64,000 bases of DNA from assembly GCA_963718525.1 (NCBI GenBank), contig OY970355.1, positions 1,984,001 to 2,048,000 on the forward strand, in the 5' to 3' direction. The notes under the pieces are model-generated. The model searched no databases. It saw nothing but the letters and a program-made list of their open reading frames with translations, and was not told the origin of the DNA. Position 1 is the stretch's first letter; every line of letters starts with the position of its first letter. Shown in pieces: positions 31,858 to 41,624 of the stretch. The DNA is from Candidatus Dormiibacterota bacterium. Its GTDB lineage: Bacteria; Chloroflexota; Dormibacteria; Aeolococcales; Aeolococcaceae. Position numbers and translations under genes: made by a program.

Positions 31858-32643
31858 ATGCCATCGACTGACACGGGCGACCACATCGATCGCAACCGCG
31901 CCGCCTGGAACACCTGGGCGGCCAAATATGCCGAGCCCGGGCGACGGAACTGGGCGGCCGCCGAGCCGTCGTGGGGGATCTGGGGTATCCCCGAGAGCGA
32001 CGCGAATCTCCTCCCCGATGTCGCCGGCCTCGACACGATCGAACTCGGGTGCGGCACCGGCTATGTGTCGGCGTGGCTGGCGCGTCGTGGCGCGCGGGCG
32101 CTCGGGATCGACATCTCCGAGAACCAGCTGGCCACCGCACGCGAGCTTCAGGATGCGCACGACATCCATTTCCCGCTGATCCAGTGCAGCGCCGAAGCGG
32201 TGCCTCTCGCGGACGCCTCGTTCGATCTGGCGATCAGCGAATATGGAGCGGCGATCTGGTGCGACCCGTACCGATGGATTCCGGAGGCGGCTCGCCTGCT
32301 CCGGCCGGGCGGGCGCCTGATCTTCCTCGGCAACGGCGCGCTGCTCGTGCTCGCGATGACGGACTCCGACGCCGAGGGATCCGCGGGGACCACGCTCCGG
32401 CGCGACTACTTCGGGATGCATCGATTCGAGTGGTTCGATGACCACAGCGTTGAATTCCATCTCAATCACGGCGACTGGATCCGTCTCCTCCGAGGCTCGG
32501 GTTTCGAGATCGAGGACCTCGTCGAGCTCTGCCCAGCAAGCGATGCGACCACCCGCTACCCGCACGTCACTCTGGAGTGGGCGAGACGATGGCCGTCAGA
32601 GGAAGTCTGGGTTGCCCGACGTCTCGATAGACTCGGAGCGTGA
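31858..32643 (+). CDS. class I SAM-dependent methyltransferase
   Basis: IELGCGTG, GIDIS, RLLRPGG. Confidence 0.9.
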   Translation: MPSTDTGDHIDRNRAAWNTWAAKYAEPGRRNWAAAEPSWGIWGIPESDANLLPDVAGLDTIELGCGTGYVSAWLARRGARALGIDISENQLATARELQDAHDIHFPLIQCSAEAVPLADASFDLAISEYGAAIWCDPYRWIPEAARLLRPGGRLIFLGNGALLVLAMTDSDAEGSAGTTLRRDYFGMHRFEWFDDHSVEFHLNHGDWIRLLRGSGFEIEDLVELCPASDATTRYPHVTLEWARRWPSEEVWVARRLDRLGA

Positions 32644-33305
32644 ATGACGAACGCTGGGACGCGGTCGACCACTACACCACCGGTCTCCTGCAAGCCGCCG
32701 ACCCAGTGCTCGAGGCGGCGATCAAGGCCAGCGCTGATCTGCCGAACATCTCGGTGTCGGCTGCGCAAGCGCAGTTCCTCCAGCTTCTGGCGCGCGCCAT
32801 CCATGCGCGCCGGATCCTCGAGGTCGGCACCCTCGGCGGCTACAGCGCAATCTGGCTCGCGCGGGCGCTGCCGGAGGGCGGACGCCTCATCAGCCTCGAG
32901 CTCGACGAGCACCACGCCGAGGTGGCCCGCGGCAACATCGCGATGGCCGGACTCGACGACAAGGTCGAGGTGCGCATCGGCCCCGCTCTCGACAGCCTCG
33001 CGAAGCTCAAGGCCGGCAACACCGCGCCATTCGACCTCACCTTCATCGACGCCGACAAACGCAATACGCCCGAATACTTCAGCGCCGCCGTCGACCTGTC
33101 GCATGTCGGCAGTCTGGTCGTGGTCGACAACGTCGTCCGCCAGGGGAAGCTGATCGACGCCGGAAGCGACGATCCGGATACGGTCGGCATGCGCCGTCTC
33201 CTCGAGCAGATGGGCGCGGACCGCCGCATCGCACCGGCGATGATTCAGACGGTCGAAGTCAAGGGCTGGGACGGGTTGGCGTTCGCCCTGGTGGTCGGAT
33301 CCTAG
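32640..33305 (+). CDS. O-methyltransferase (CCoAOMT/Methyltransf_3 family)
   Basis: LEVGTLGGYS, FIDADK, VDNV. Confidence 0.92.
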   Translation: MNDERWDAVDHYTTGLLQAADPVLEAAIKASADLPNISVSAAQAQFLQLLARAIHARRILEVGTLGGYSAIWLARALPEGGRLISLELDEHHAEVARGNIAMAGLDDKVEVRIGPALDSLAKLKAGNTAPFDLTFIDADKRNTPEYFSAAVDLSHVGSLVVVDNVVRQGKLIDAGSDDPDTVGMRRLLEQMGADRRIAPAMIQTVEVKGWDGLAFALVVGS

Positions 33306-35101
33306 ACGGGGAGCAGGGTTCCCGGCGAACTGAGCGCAGCGGCGGTGCGCTGCGCCGCGGTGGTCGCAACGTCGAGCGGCACAGCGCCGCCGTGCAGCAG
33401 CGCTTCCGCGTGCGATAACCACGACGGATCGTCGGCCAACGCGGCAGCCGCCGGCTCCCCTCCCAGCCGGCTGACGTATCGCGCTGCGATCCAGCCGAGT
33501 CGCCCGCTCCCCGTATCGGCAGCGAAGTGGTTGGCCTGCTCCGCGAGCCGCGCGCCGATGGCAAGCACGGCCATGCGACGGGCGATGCGACGCAAGGGGA
33601 GCTGACGTGCGTCAGCGTCCTCGATGGTCGACAGCGTCTGCAGCTGAGCCTGGACGTGTTGCAGCGCATCCATGAGCACACCACCCAACGGCGCAGCGAC
33701 GCCACCCGCCGTGACCCCCTCAGCGCGGCGTTCGGTATCGGCGAGGTAGCCGGGGAGGGCGCCGTGCTCGATCGCGCGTTGGACGTCGAGCGCGATCACG
33801 TTGCCCGATCCTTCCCAGATCGCGTGCACGTACACATCGCGCAGCAGCCGCGCATCCGGCCAATCCTCGATGAACCCGTTGCCGCCTCGGACCTCCATGG
33901 CCTCGGTCGCACAGATGCGCGCCCGTTCGGTGCCGTGCATCTTGAAGAGCGGTGTCAGGAGTCGCAGCGCCGCTGCAGCTTCGCGATCCTCCGCATCGGC
34001 ACGGTCGGAGAGCTCTGCAACCCCCATCGCGGCGGTGAGCCCGGCGACCGAATCGACGACGAGCTCCGCGAGCGTGTCGCGCATCAATGGATGCACGTCG
34101 AGGCGGCGCCCGAACGTCGATCGCTCTCGCGTGTGCGTCAGCGCCTCGAAGGCATTCCGCCGCATCGCGCCTGCGGTGGCGGTCGCGATGCCGATCCGGG
34201 TGGCGTTCACCATGCCCATCATCTGGGGCAGCCCGCGTTCGAGGTTGCCCACCTGCCAGGCGAACGCGTCGCGCAGGCCCACCTCCGCTGAAGCCATCGC
34301 GTGTGTCCCGAACTTCTCCTTGAGGCGATGGATGAAGAAGGTGTTGCGCGTCCCGTCATCGCGCAGGCGAGGCATCAGGAAGAGTCCCAGCCCGCTCGGT
34401 CCGGGCGGAGCGCCGACCGGTCGCGCGAGCACGAGGATCAGATCGCTGTGCGCGCAGCTCGCGAACCACTTCTCGCCGGAGAGGCGCCAGGAGCCGTCAC
34501 CGGCCGCAGTGGCGACTGTCTCGTTGGCGCCGACGTCCGATCCCCCGGCCTTCTCGGTGAGAAACATGGCGACGGTCAGATGCTTGCCGGTGTCATCGAT
34601 GATGCCGGGCAGGAATCGCGCGGCCAGCGCCGGGTCGTTGCGTTCGAGGCATCGAGCTGCCGCGTCCATCATGCCGATGGGGCATCCCGTCACGGCCTGG
34701 TCCGACTCGAGCAGCAGCGAGAGCATCGCGGTGACCATGCTTCGCGACGCGCGTTCGTGCAGTCCGCGCCAACCGGGTGCATAGGCCGCTCGCACTGCGC
34801 CAAAGCCGAGCACTGTCGACTCGAGCTGCTTGTATGCAGGGTGGAACTCGATCTCGTCGATCCGCTCGCCGCGCGCGTTGTATGAGCGCAGCACCGGAGG
34901 ATGCCGGTCGGCAGCACGCGCGAGCGGCTCGATGATCTGCGGCACGAGCGTGCCGAGCTCGCGGAGCGCTCCGTCCGCGACCGGCCATGCGACCTCGCCG
35001 ACCGTGCGTCGCGTCAGCCAGCGCAGGTGCTCGTCGGGCAGATACCAGTCGGCGGTGTCTGCTGCCGGGATGTACCGCACCCCGGGATCAGAGGGCAGCA
35101 T
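33302..35101 (-). CDS. acyl-CoA dehydrogenase family protein, AidB-like
   Basis: MFLTEKAGGSDVGA, GEKWFAS, IWEGSGNV; ATG 35101 preferred (7 nt after TATCGT), GTG 35110 alternative. Confidence 0.85.
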   Translation of the reverse strand: MLPSDPGVRYIPAADTADWYLPDEHLRWLTRRTVGEVAWPVADGALRELGTLVPQIIEPLARAADRHPPVLRSYNARGERIDEIEFHPAYKQLESTVLGFGAVRAAYAPGWRGLHERASRSMVTAMLSLLLESDQAVTGCPIGMMDAAARCLERNDPALAARFLPGIIDDTGKHLTVAMFLTEKAGGSDVGANETVATAAGDGSWRLSGEKWFASCAHSDLILVLARPVGAPPGPSGLGLFLMPRLRDDGTRNTFFIHRLKEKFGTHAMASAEVGLRDAFAWQVGNLERGLPQMMGMVNATRIGIATATAGAMRRNAFEALTHTRERSTFGRRLDVHPLMRDTLAELVVDSVAGLTAAMGVAELSDRADAEDREAAAALRLLTPLFKMHGTERARICATEAMEVRGGNGFIEDWPDARLLRDVYVHAIWEGSGNVIALDVQRAIEHGALPGYLADTERRAEGVTAGGVAAPLGGVLMDALQHVQAQLQTLSTIEDADARQLPLRRIARRMAVLAIGARLAEQANHFAADTGSGRLGWIAARYVSRLGGEPAAAALADDPSWLSHAEALLHGGAVPLDVATTAAQRTAAALSSPGTLLPV

Positions 35102-35128
35102 CCAGATCACGATAGCGCGCTGCGGGGA

Positions 35129-35923
35129 TCACCACAGGCCGCGTGCTTCGAAAACCTTCTTCAGGATGCGCGGACGGTCGGTCATGATGCCGTCGACGCC
35201 GAGATCGAGGAGGAATTCCATCTCCGCCTCGTCGTCGACGGTCCACACGTGAACAGGGAGCCCCGAGCGATGCGCCGCTCGCACGAAGCGCCTGTCGATT
35301 CGAAGCCTGCCCCAACGCTGCGGCACCTGAAGGCAGTCGGCATGGAATCCGGGCATCCTTCCGACCCGCGACGCGGCGTATGCCGTTGCCGACGCGACCT
35401 GACCCATCGATGAGCAGATCCGGCCGCCGGCGAGCGCCCGGATGCGCGCCACGCGGCGGTCGGAGAACGAGCCGATGCAGACACGATTGAAGGCGTCGAG
35501 GCGGGTCACGAGCTCCACCAGGGGCACCACCGTGTTGTCCGCCTTGGCGTCGATGTTCAGGTAGACGTCGTCCCAGCGCGTGAGCAGCTCCTCGAGCGTC
35601 GGGACCACCACGCCCGTGCCGCGAAACGGGAAGGAAAGGCCACCGTCGAGGCTGAAGGTGTGCCCGGCGTCGGCCTCCCGAACCTCGGCGAGGGACAGGT
35701 CGCCGATGCTTCCCACCCGATCGGTGAGGCGTTCGAGGCTGCTGTCGTGGAAGGCCAGGAGCACGCCGTCCCGGGTCAGATGGACATCGGTTTCGAGGTA
35801 GCGGTAGCCCAGGGAAACAGCGGCCTGGAACGCGGGCAGCGTGTTCTCGGGCGCCTCGCCTCCGCCGCCGCGATGGGCGAACGCGATCGTGGTCGATCCG
35901 TTGAGAAACGCGCGCTGCACCAT
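35129..35923 (-). CDS. glycerophosphodiester phosphodiesterase
   Basis: AHRGG..PENT, ETDVHLTRDG, HVWTVDD, GVDGIMTD. Confidence 0.92.
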   Translation of the reverse strand: MVQRAFLNGSTTIAFAHRGGGGEAPENTLPAFQAAVSLGYRYLETDVHLTRDGVLLAFHDSSLERLTDRVGSIGDLSLAEVREADAGHTFSLDGGLSFPFRGTGVVVPTLEELLTRWDDVYLNIDAKADNTVVPLVELVTRLDAFNRVCIGSFSDRRVARIRALAGGRICSSMGQVASATAYAASRVGRMPGFHADCLQVPQRWGRLRIDRRFVRAAHRSGLPVHVWTVDDEAEMEFLLDLGVDGIMTDRPRILKKVFEARGLW

Positions 35924-35953
35924 GGACGTGGCGGTCAGGGTAGCTGTAAGTCC

Positions 35954-36745
35954 CTACCGCAGCCAGGTTCCGGCGCCGGACATCGCGTTGAAGAGTGGGC
36001 GCTGGGCGCGGCCGTCCGCAACGCACACCGCTCCAACTCCGCGACTTCGAGCCTCCGCGCTGGCGCGCAGCTTGACCCTGGCCCGGCCACCGATGGCCGG
36101 GATCAGCTGCTCGGCCTCGTGGGTCGAGAGCCGTCCGATCAGGCTCGTCTCGTCAGCAGGGTCTCGGAGGAGGCCGGGTGTGTCGGCGAAGATGATCAGC
36201 AGCGTCGCGCCGAGTGCGACGGCGATCTCGGCGGCGAGCCGGTCACCGTCGACGTTGATTGCGGTCCCGTCCTCGGCGGCGATCGGCGGGCAGATCACGG
36301 GCGTCACCCCGGCCGCAAGGAGCTTGCCGAGGAGCACCGAGTCGACAGCATCGATGCTGCCCACGTGGTTGTCGTGGAGCACCTTGGTCCGGCCGTTCTC
36401 GTGGATACGCAACGACGATCGACGCCTGCCTCTGACAACTCCGCCGTCGAGGCCGCAGAACCCGAAGGCATTGACTCCGAGCTGACGCAGGCGTTCGACG
36501 ATCCGCTTGTTCGCCCGGCCGGCGTAGGCCATCAGGAAGTGATCCATGGTCGTCGCGTCGGTGAACCGGCTCACGTCGCCCCGCTCCAACTCGACCATTC
36601 GCGGCGGGCTCCCAAGCCGGGCCGAGAGGTCGTCGAGATCTCGGCTCGCCCCGTGCACCACGATGGTCTGCTCCGTGGTCACCGCGATGTCCTCGAGGAG
36701 CGGGTCGAGCCGGCGGACACTCCCGCCGATCTTCACGACGATCAT
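35954..36745 (-). CDS. lysZ: [LysW]-aminoadipate kinase
   Basis: VVKIGG, VHG, NVDGDR amino-acid kinase motifs inside the lysW cluster. Confidence 0.88.
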   Translation of the reverse strand: MIVVKIGGSVRRLDPLLEDIAVTTEQTIVVHGASRDLDDLSARLGSPPRMVELERGDVSRFTDATTMDHFLMAYAGRANKRIVERLRQLGVNAFGFCGLDGGVVRGRRRSSLRIHENGRTKVLHDNHVGSIDAVDSVLLGKLLAAGVTPVICPPIAAEDGTAINVDGDRLAAEIAVALGATLLIIFADTPGLLRDPADETSLIGRLSTHEAEQLIPAIGGRARVKLRASAEARSRGVGAVCVADGRAQRPLFNAMSGAGTWLR

Positions 36746-37791
36746 CAGATCGGGTACAGGCCGCCGAATTCGAGCCCGACCGTCTCGGGGAACCCGTGGC
36801 GAATGTTGCAGGCCTGCACAGCCTGGCCGGCTGATCCCTTGACGAGATTGTCGAGCGCCGCGGTGACGACGACGCGGCGGGAATGCTCGTCGCGCTCGAA
36901 GCCGACATCGCAATAGTTCGTCCCGCTCAGCAGCTTGGGTGACGGGGAGCGATGCAGGCCCGTGTGCGACTTGACGATCCGGACGAACGGCTCACCACCG
37001 TAGCGTGATCGATAGAGGCGCCAGAGCTCGCGATCGTCGAGATCGGAGCTGATGAACGCGTGAGCGGTCACGAGCACACCCCGGACCGCTTCGACGGCGG
37101 TTGCGGAGAAGGCGACAGCCTGGCTCGTGGAATCGATGTGCAGCTCCTGGGCGATCTCGGCGGTGTGCCGGTGCCCGGTGGGCTGGTACGAGCGGATCTC
37201 CCCGCTGCGGTGCGCGTGGTGGGTCGCGTCGCTTGCCTGCGCACCACCCGCCGAGGAACCGACCTTCGCCTCAACGACGAGCGGGAGGGAGCTATCGATG
37301 AGGCCGGCGCACGCCAGCGGGGCAAGGCCGAGGATCGACGCCGTCGCGAGGCATCCCCCGATGGCGATGAGCGATGCCGTCGCGATCTCGGCACGGTGCA
37401 GCTCCGCGAGGCCGTAGACCGCAGCATCGAGCAGCGCCGGCGACGGGTGGGTCCAGCCGTACCAGCGCGGATAGTCATCGGCATCGCGAAGCCGGAAGTC
37501 GGCGCCGAGGTCGATCACGACCGGTGCGGCCGCACGCAGCGCATCGATGGCGGCGCTCGACTCGCCGTGGTGCATCGCGGCGAACACGACGTCCACATCA
37601 GCCAGCGTCTCGCGTCGCGAGAACCGCAGCTCGGTGCGGCCGCGCAGCGGCGGGTGAGCGCCCGCGACCGGCTTGCCAGCCAGCCGCTCGGAGGTCACCT
37701 GAACGACGTCGATCTCAGGGTGGCCGGCGAGCAGGCGCAGCAGCTCGCCGCCTGCGTACCCGGCTCCTCCGACGACCGACGCCCGGATCAT
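36745..37791 (-). CDS. lysY: [LysW]-aminoadipate-6-phosphate reductase (ArgC family)
   Basis: GGAGYAGGEL, DFRL, GGCLAT, DNLVKGSAG. Confidence 0.9.
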   Translation of the reverse strand: MIRASVVGGAGYAGGELLRLLAGHPEIDVVQVTSERLAGKPVAGAHPPLRGRTELRFSRRETLADVDVVFAAMHHGESSAAIDALRAAAPVVIDLGADFRLRDADDYPRWYGWTHPSPALLDAAVYGLAELHRAEIATASLIAIGGCLATASILGLAPLACAGLIDSSLPLVVEAKVGSSAGGAQASDATHHAHRSGEIRSYQPTGHRHTAEIAQELHIDSTSQAVAFSATAVEAVRGVLVTAHAFISSDLDDRELWRLYRSRYGGEPFVRIVKSHTGLHRSPSPKLLSGTNYCDVGFERDEHSRRVVVTAALDNLVKGSAGQAVQACNIRHGFPETVGLEFGGLYPI

Positions 37792-38855
37792 CCGCTGCCC
37801 AGGACAAGCTCGAGCACCGCGACCGCGCGCTCCAGCTCCGCGATCGACACGTGCTCGCCCGGGGTGTGGTCGAGCCGGGAATCGCCGGGTCCGTACGCCA
37901 CGGCCTGGCATCCCCAGGCGGGCACCAGGATGTTCAGGTCGGAGGTTCCTGTCTTGACCTTGAACCGCGGCGATCCCTGCTGGATGCGGATGGCGCGGAC
38001 AAAGTTGCGTGCAAGGGGGCTGCCCCGGTCGGTGCGAACCCCGGGCTCGCTGCCGAGGACGGCCAGGGCGGCCGCGGGCGAGGACGATCGGGCCGTCTCG
38101 ATGAGGGCGTCGACATCGCAGGCGGGCGGCGTCCTGACGCCGACATCGACGCTCGCTCGATCGGTGAGCCCGTCGCTGGATGAGTTGAAACCCAGCACGC
38201 GTACGTCGATACGGTCGAAGACGCCTGCGTCACCGCTGATCGTCGCGGCACGGTCCTGCAACCCCCGGACGAGATCGAAGCAGCGGTCGGGCGCGCTCGG
38301 TTCGCGACCTGCACCGTGGGCCTGCGGCTGATCGACGGTGGCGCGAAGCCGCAGGCTCCCCTTGTATCCGATGGTGACGGCATCCCACCCGCTCGGCTCG
38401 AGGATGACCAGGGAGGACGGTGCGGGCATCGATGCGGCCAGGTGCCGCGCCCCGCGCGAGGAGGTCTCCTCTGCAACGGCTCCGATGATCAGGTAGCGGC
38501 GCGCGCTGTCGTGTGGCCGGCGGCTGACGGCGGCGATCGCGGCGGCGAGCGGTCCCTTGGCGTCCACAGCGCCCCGACCGTGGAGCAGGTCACCGTCGCG
38601 GCGGACATCGATGTGTCCGGGGACGGTATCGATGTGCCCGACCAGCGCGATCGTCTCTGGGCCATCGCCCCAAGCGGCGACGACGTTGCCCACGGCGTCG
38701 ACCTCGACGTCGAACCCGGCGCGAAGCAGTCGCGAGACCAGCAGCGATGCCATCGCGTCCTCCGCACCGCTGGAACTCGGGACCGACAGCATCGCGGTGA
38801 GCAACTCGGCCACATCCACTCGCGCACTGGTCGCAACGCTCGCTCCGCTCGCCAT
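37788..38855 (-). CDS. lysK: [LysW]-lysine hydrolase (M20 family)
   Basis: GHIDTVPG, GRGAVDAKG, EE, LEPSGW, YGPGDS.LDHTP.EH. Confidence 0.9.
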   Translation of the reverse strand: MASGASVATSARVDVAELLTAMLSVPSSSGAEDAMASLLVSRLLRAGFDVEVDAVGNVVAAWGDGPETIALVGHIDTVPGHIDVRRDGDLLHGRGAVDAKGPLAAAIAAVSRRPHDSARRYLIIGAVAEETSSRGARHLAASMPAPSSLVILEPSGWDAVTIGYKGSLRLRATVDQPQAHGAGREPSAPDRCFDLVRGLQDRAATISGDAGVFDRIDVRVLGFNSSSDGLTDRASVDVGVRTPPACDVDALIETARSSSPAAALAVLGSEPGVRTDRGSPLARNFVRAIRIQQGSPRFKVKTGTSDLNILVPAWGCQAVAYGPGDSRLDHTPGEHVSIAELERAVAVLELVLGSG

Positions 38856-38856
38856 C

Positions 38857-39717
38857 TCAGCCCGCGACCCCGACGGGGGCTCCGAGCGCCACCGCCCGCA
38901 CATGGTCGGCGACGTATCCGGGGATGTCGACACCGGTCACATCGATCGAGTTCTTGAACTCCATGGTCGCGTTGACCTCGCTGACCACCAGTCGGTTCCG
39001 GTCCTCGAGCAGATCCACGGCGAGCACGCCGCCGCCTACCGCCGCTGCGGCTCGCAACGACAGCATGCGCAGGGTTGTGTCGACGGGACAGTCGCGAGTG
39101 GTTGCCCCCCGCGCAGTGTTGGTGACCCAGTGCTCGGATTCGCGATAGATCGCGCAGATGACCTCGTCGCCCACGACGAAGGCGCGGATGTCGCGCCCCG
39201 GCTTGTCGATGTGTCGCTGCAGGTAGAAGACCGAATGCTCCGGACCGCCGAGCATCGCCTTGTGCTCGAACAGCGCCTCGGCCGCGTCGCGGTCGTTGAC
39301 CTTTGCGAGCAGCCGGCCCCACGAGCCCGTGACCGGCTTGATCACCACCGGGTAGCCCAGGTCTTCCGCTGCACGCAGCGCAGCGTCTGGAGTGAAGGCA
39401 ACAACCGTCTCGGGCGTGGGAATGCCCGCGGCTTCAAGGGCGGCCGAGGTGTCCAGCTTGCTGGCGCACACGGCGGTGACCGCGTGACGGTTCACGGTCG
39501 GAACGTTCCACGACTCGAGCACCCTGGTGATGGCGAGCCCGCGCGTCTGCGAGATGCTTCGCTCGAGCACCGCGTCCCAACGGCGCGCCGGCTGTGCGAG
39601 GGTGAAGGCGAGCTCACGATCGTCGACGATCTCGACATCCATGCCTCGGTGCACGAGCGCGTCGCGCAGCAACTTCTCCTCGACGCGCACCCGTGAACAC
39701 AGCAGCCCGATCAACAT
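38857..39717 (-). CDS. lysX: alpha-aminoadipate--LysW ligase (RimK family ATP-grasp)
   Basis: KPVTGSWGRL, AIYR..HWVTNTARG, EVNATMEFKN. Confidence 0.93.
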   Translation of the reverse strand: MLIGLLCSRVRVEEKLLRDALVHRGMDVEIVDDRELAFTLAQPARRWDAVLERSISQTRGLAITRVLESWNVPTVNRHAVTAVCASKLDTSAALEAAGIPTPETVVAFTPDAALRAAEDLGYPVVIKPVTGSWGRLLAKVNDRDAAEALFEHKAMLGGPEHSVFYLQRHIDKPGRDIRAFVVGDEVICAIYRESEHWVTNTARGATTRDCPVDTTLRMLSLRAAAAVGGGVLAVDLLEDRNRLVVSEVNATMEFKNSIDVTGVDIPGYVADHVRAVALGAPVGVAG

Positions 39718-39721
39718 CCGT

Positions 39722-39880
39722 TCACTCTCCCCAGTCGACCTCTTCGGGCGGGGCGAGCACGAAGCGGGGAGGATCGAGCCCGACGACCTCGAGCTCCGCG
39801 TTGCATTCGGGACAGGTCACGATCTCACCCCGCTCCACGCTGTCGTCCACCGCGACCCGCGCATCGCATTCAGGACACAC
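39722..39880 (-). CDS. lysW: amino-group carrier protein LysW (52 aa; absent from the ORF track)
   Basis: Own translation: [52 protein letters not shown]; two CPEC motifs, DWGE end, GAGGAGG RBS. Confidence 0.95.
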   Translation of the reverse strand: MCPECDARVAVDDSVERGEIVTCPECNAELEVVGLDPPRFVLAPPEEVDWGE

Positions 39881-40379
39881 GCCGTTCCTCCTCGAGGGCG
39901 GCCCATCCGCCCCGCCGGATCAGGTCGACCAGTGAGCCGGCTTCGATGATTTGCAGCGCGACGCCGGATGGCGGCTCGCCCTGCAGCGTGCTCGTCGCCG
40001 TCGTGATCAGCCCTGTCATCGCGTTGACCGTGACCTCGTCGCCGTCGTGCAGCACGCGGTGTGCCTCCGCACAGCGAATCACCGGCAGCCCGATGTTCAC
40101 CGCGTTGCGATAGAAGATGCGCGCGAAGCTCGCCGCGACGACAGCCGCCACGCCGTTGCGCTTGATGGACAGCGGCGCATGTTCACGAGAGCTCCCGCAG
40201 CCGAAGTTGCGCCCGGCCACGATGACGTCACCGGGTTGGACGGTCTCCACGAAGTCCGGACGCGCCTCGATGAGGCAGCTGCGCCGCAGCGCATCGGGGT
40301 CGGTGGTGACGTTGTAGCGGCCGGGCATGATCGCGTCGGTGCTGACCCCGTCGCCGAGGAGGAAGACGCGCCCGCTCAC
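39870..40379 (-). CDS. lysU: homoaconitase small subunit (LeuD family)
   Basis: [30 protein letters not shown]. Confidence 0.85.
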   Translation of the reverse strand: MSGRVFLLGDGVSTDAIMPGRYNVTTDPDALRRSCLIEARPDFVETVQPGDVIVAGRNFGCGSSREHAPLSIKRNGVAAVVAASFARIFYRNAVNIGLPVIRCAEAHRVLHDGDEVTVNAMTGLITTATSTLQGEPPSGVALQIIEAGSLVDLIRRGGWAALEEERRVS

Positions 40380-41614
40380 GAGGCCGCGTCCAGCGTGGCG
40401 GGGTCGGTGATCACGCCCGCGAGTGCCGACGCGGCCGCGACCGCCGGCGATGCCAGGAAGATCTGCGCATCCGGGCTGCCCATGCGGCCCGGGTAGTTGC
40501 GGTTGCTCGTCGAGAGCACGCGCTCGCCCGGACCGACGACACCGTGCTGCCGGCCCAGGCAGGGACCGCATCCGGGGTTGAGCACCAGTGCGCCGGCGCG
40601 CGCGAAGGTCTCGATGTACCCCGCGCTCAGCGCCTCCAGGTACACCCCTCGCGACGCGGGCACGACGATGGTTCGCGTCCCCGGATGCACCGTGTGCCCC
40701 GACAGTATCGAGGCGGCGATGGCGAGGTCAGTGAGCCGCCCATTGGTGCAGCTGCCGATGAAGACCTCGTCGAGTGGTGTGCCCGCGACGTCGTCGATGT
40801 CATGGACGTTGTCGATGCTCGGGTGCACGGCCACCTGCGGTCGAAGGCGTTCCGCATCGACCACGAGCGTTCGCGCGTAGTCGGGGCGGACCGGGTGCAG
40901 GTCGACATCCTCGCCGCATGAGTGCGCGAGGGTGATCGCATCCGGCTCGATGATCCCCGTCTTGGCACCGAAGTCGGTGCTCAGGTTGCACAGGGTCAAC
41001 CGCTCATCCACGCTCATCGCCGCGACGGCGTCACCGCCCCACTCAACCGCGCAGTAGTCGGCTCCATCGGCACCCATCTGCGCGATGACGTGGAGCGCCA
41101 GGTCCTTCGCGTACACGCCCCTCGGCAGCGCGCCGCGCACCTCGATGCGGACAGTCTCGGGGATCCTGAACCAGGTCTTGCCGGTCGCGAAGACCACGCC
41201 GATGTCGGTGGATCCGAGGCCGGTCGCGAAACATCCGAGACCACCGTACGTCGTGCTGTGCGAGTTGGCGCCGACCACGATGCCACCGGGTCGGGCGAGC
41301 CTGCGATCCACCATGACCTGGTGACAGATTCCCTCTGCGAAGAGATTCGTGATCGCGTGCTCGACGCAGAACTCGCGGATGACGCGATGGAGTTCCGCGG
41401 CGGCCACGGTGTTGGCAGGCATCACGTGATCGAAGTTGAAGACGATGCGGCTCGCGTCCCAGAGCGGCAGATCGAGGCTTCTGAAGGCGTCGATGGCGAG
41501 CGGGCCGGTGACGTCGTGCGCCATCGCAACGTCCACCTCGGCGATGACCGTGTCACCCGCGTGCACCTGACGTCCCAGGCGGCGGCCGAACAATTCCTCG
41601 GTGATGGTTCCCAT
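40376..41614 (-). CDS. lysT: homoaconitase large subunit (LeuC family)
   Basis: HDVTGP, GICH, IGSCTNGR, PGCGPC, SNRNYPGRMG. Confidence 0.85.
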   Translation of the reverse strand: MGTITEELFGRRLGRQVHAGDTVIAEVDVAMAHDVTGPLAIDAFRSLDLPLWDASRIVFNFDHVMPANTVAAAELHRVIREFCVEHAITNLFAEGICHQVMVDRRLARPGGIVVGANSHSTTYGGLGCFATGLGSTDIGVVFATGKTWFRIPETVRIEVRGALPRGVYAKDLALHVIAQMGADGADYCAVEWGGDAVAAMSVDERLTLCNLSTDFGAKTGIIEPDAITLAHSCGEDVDLHPVRPDYARTLVVDAERLRPQVAVHPSIDNVHDIDDVAGTPLDEVFIGSCTNGRLTDLAIAASILSGHTVHPGTRTIVVPASRGVYLEALSAGYIETFARAGALVLNPGCGPCLGRQHGVVGPGERVLSTSNRNYPGRMGSPDAQIFLASPAVAAASALAGVITDPATLDAAS

Positions 41615-41624
41615 ATCGGTTCCT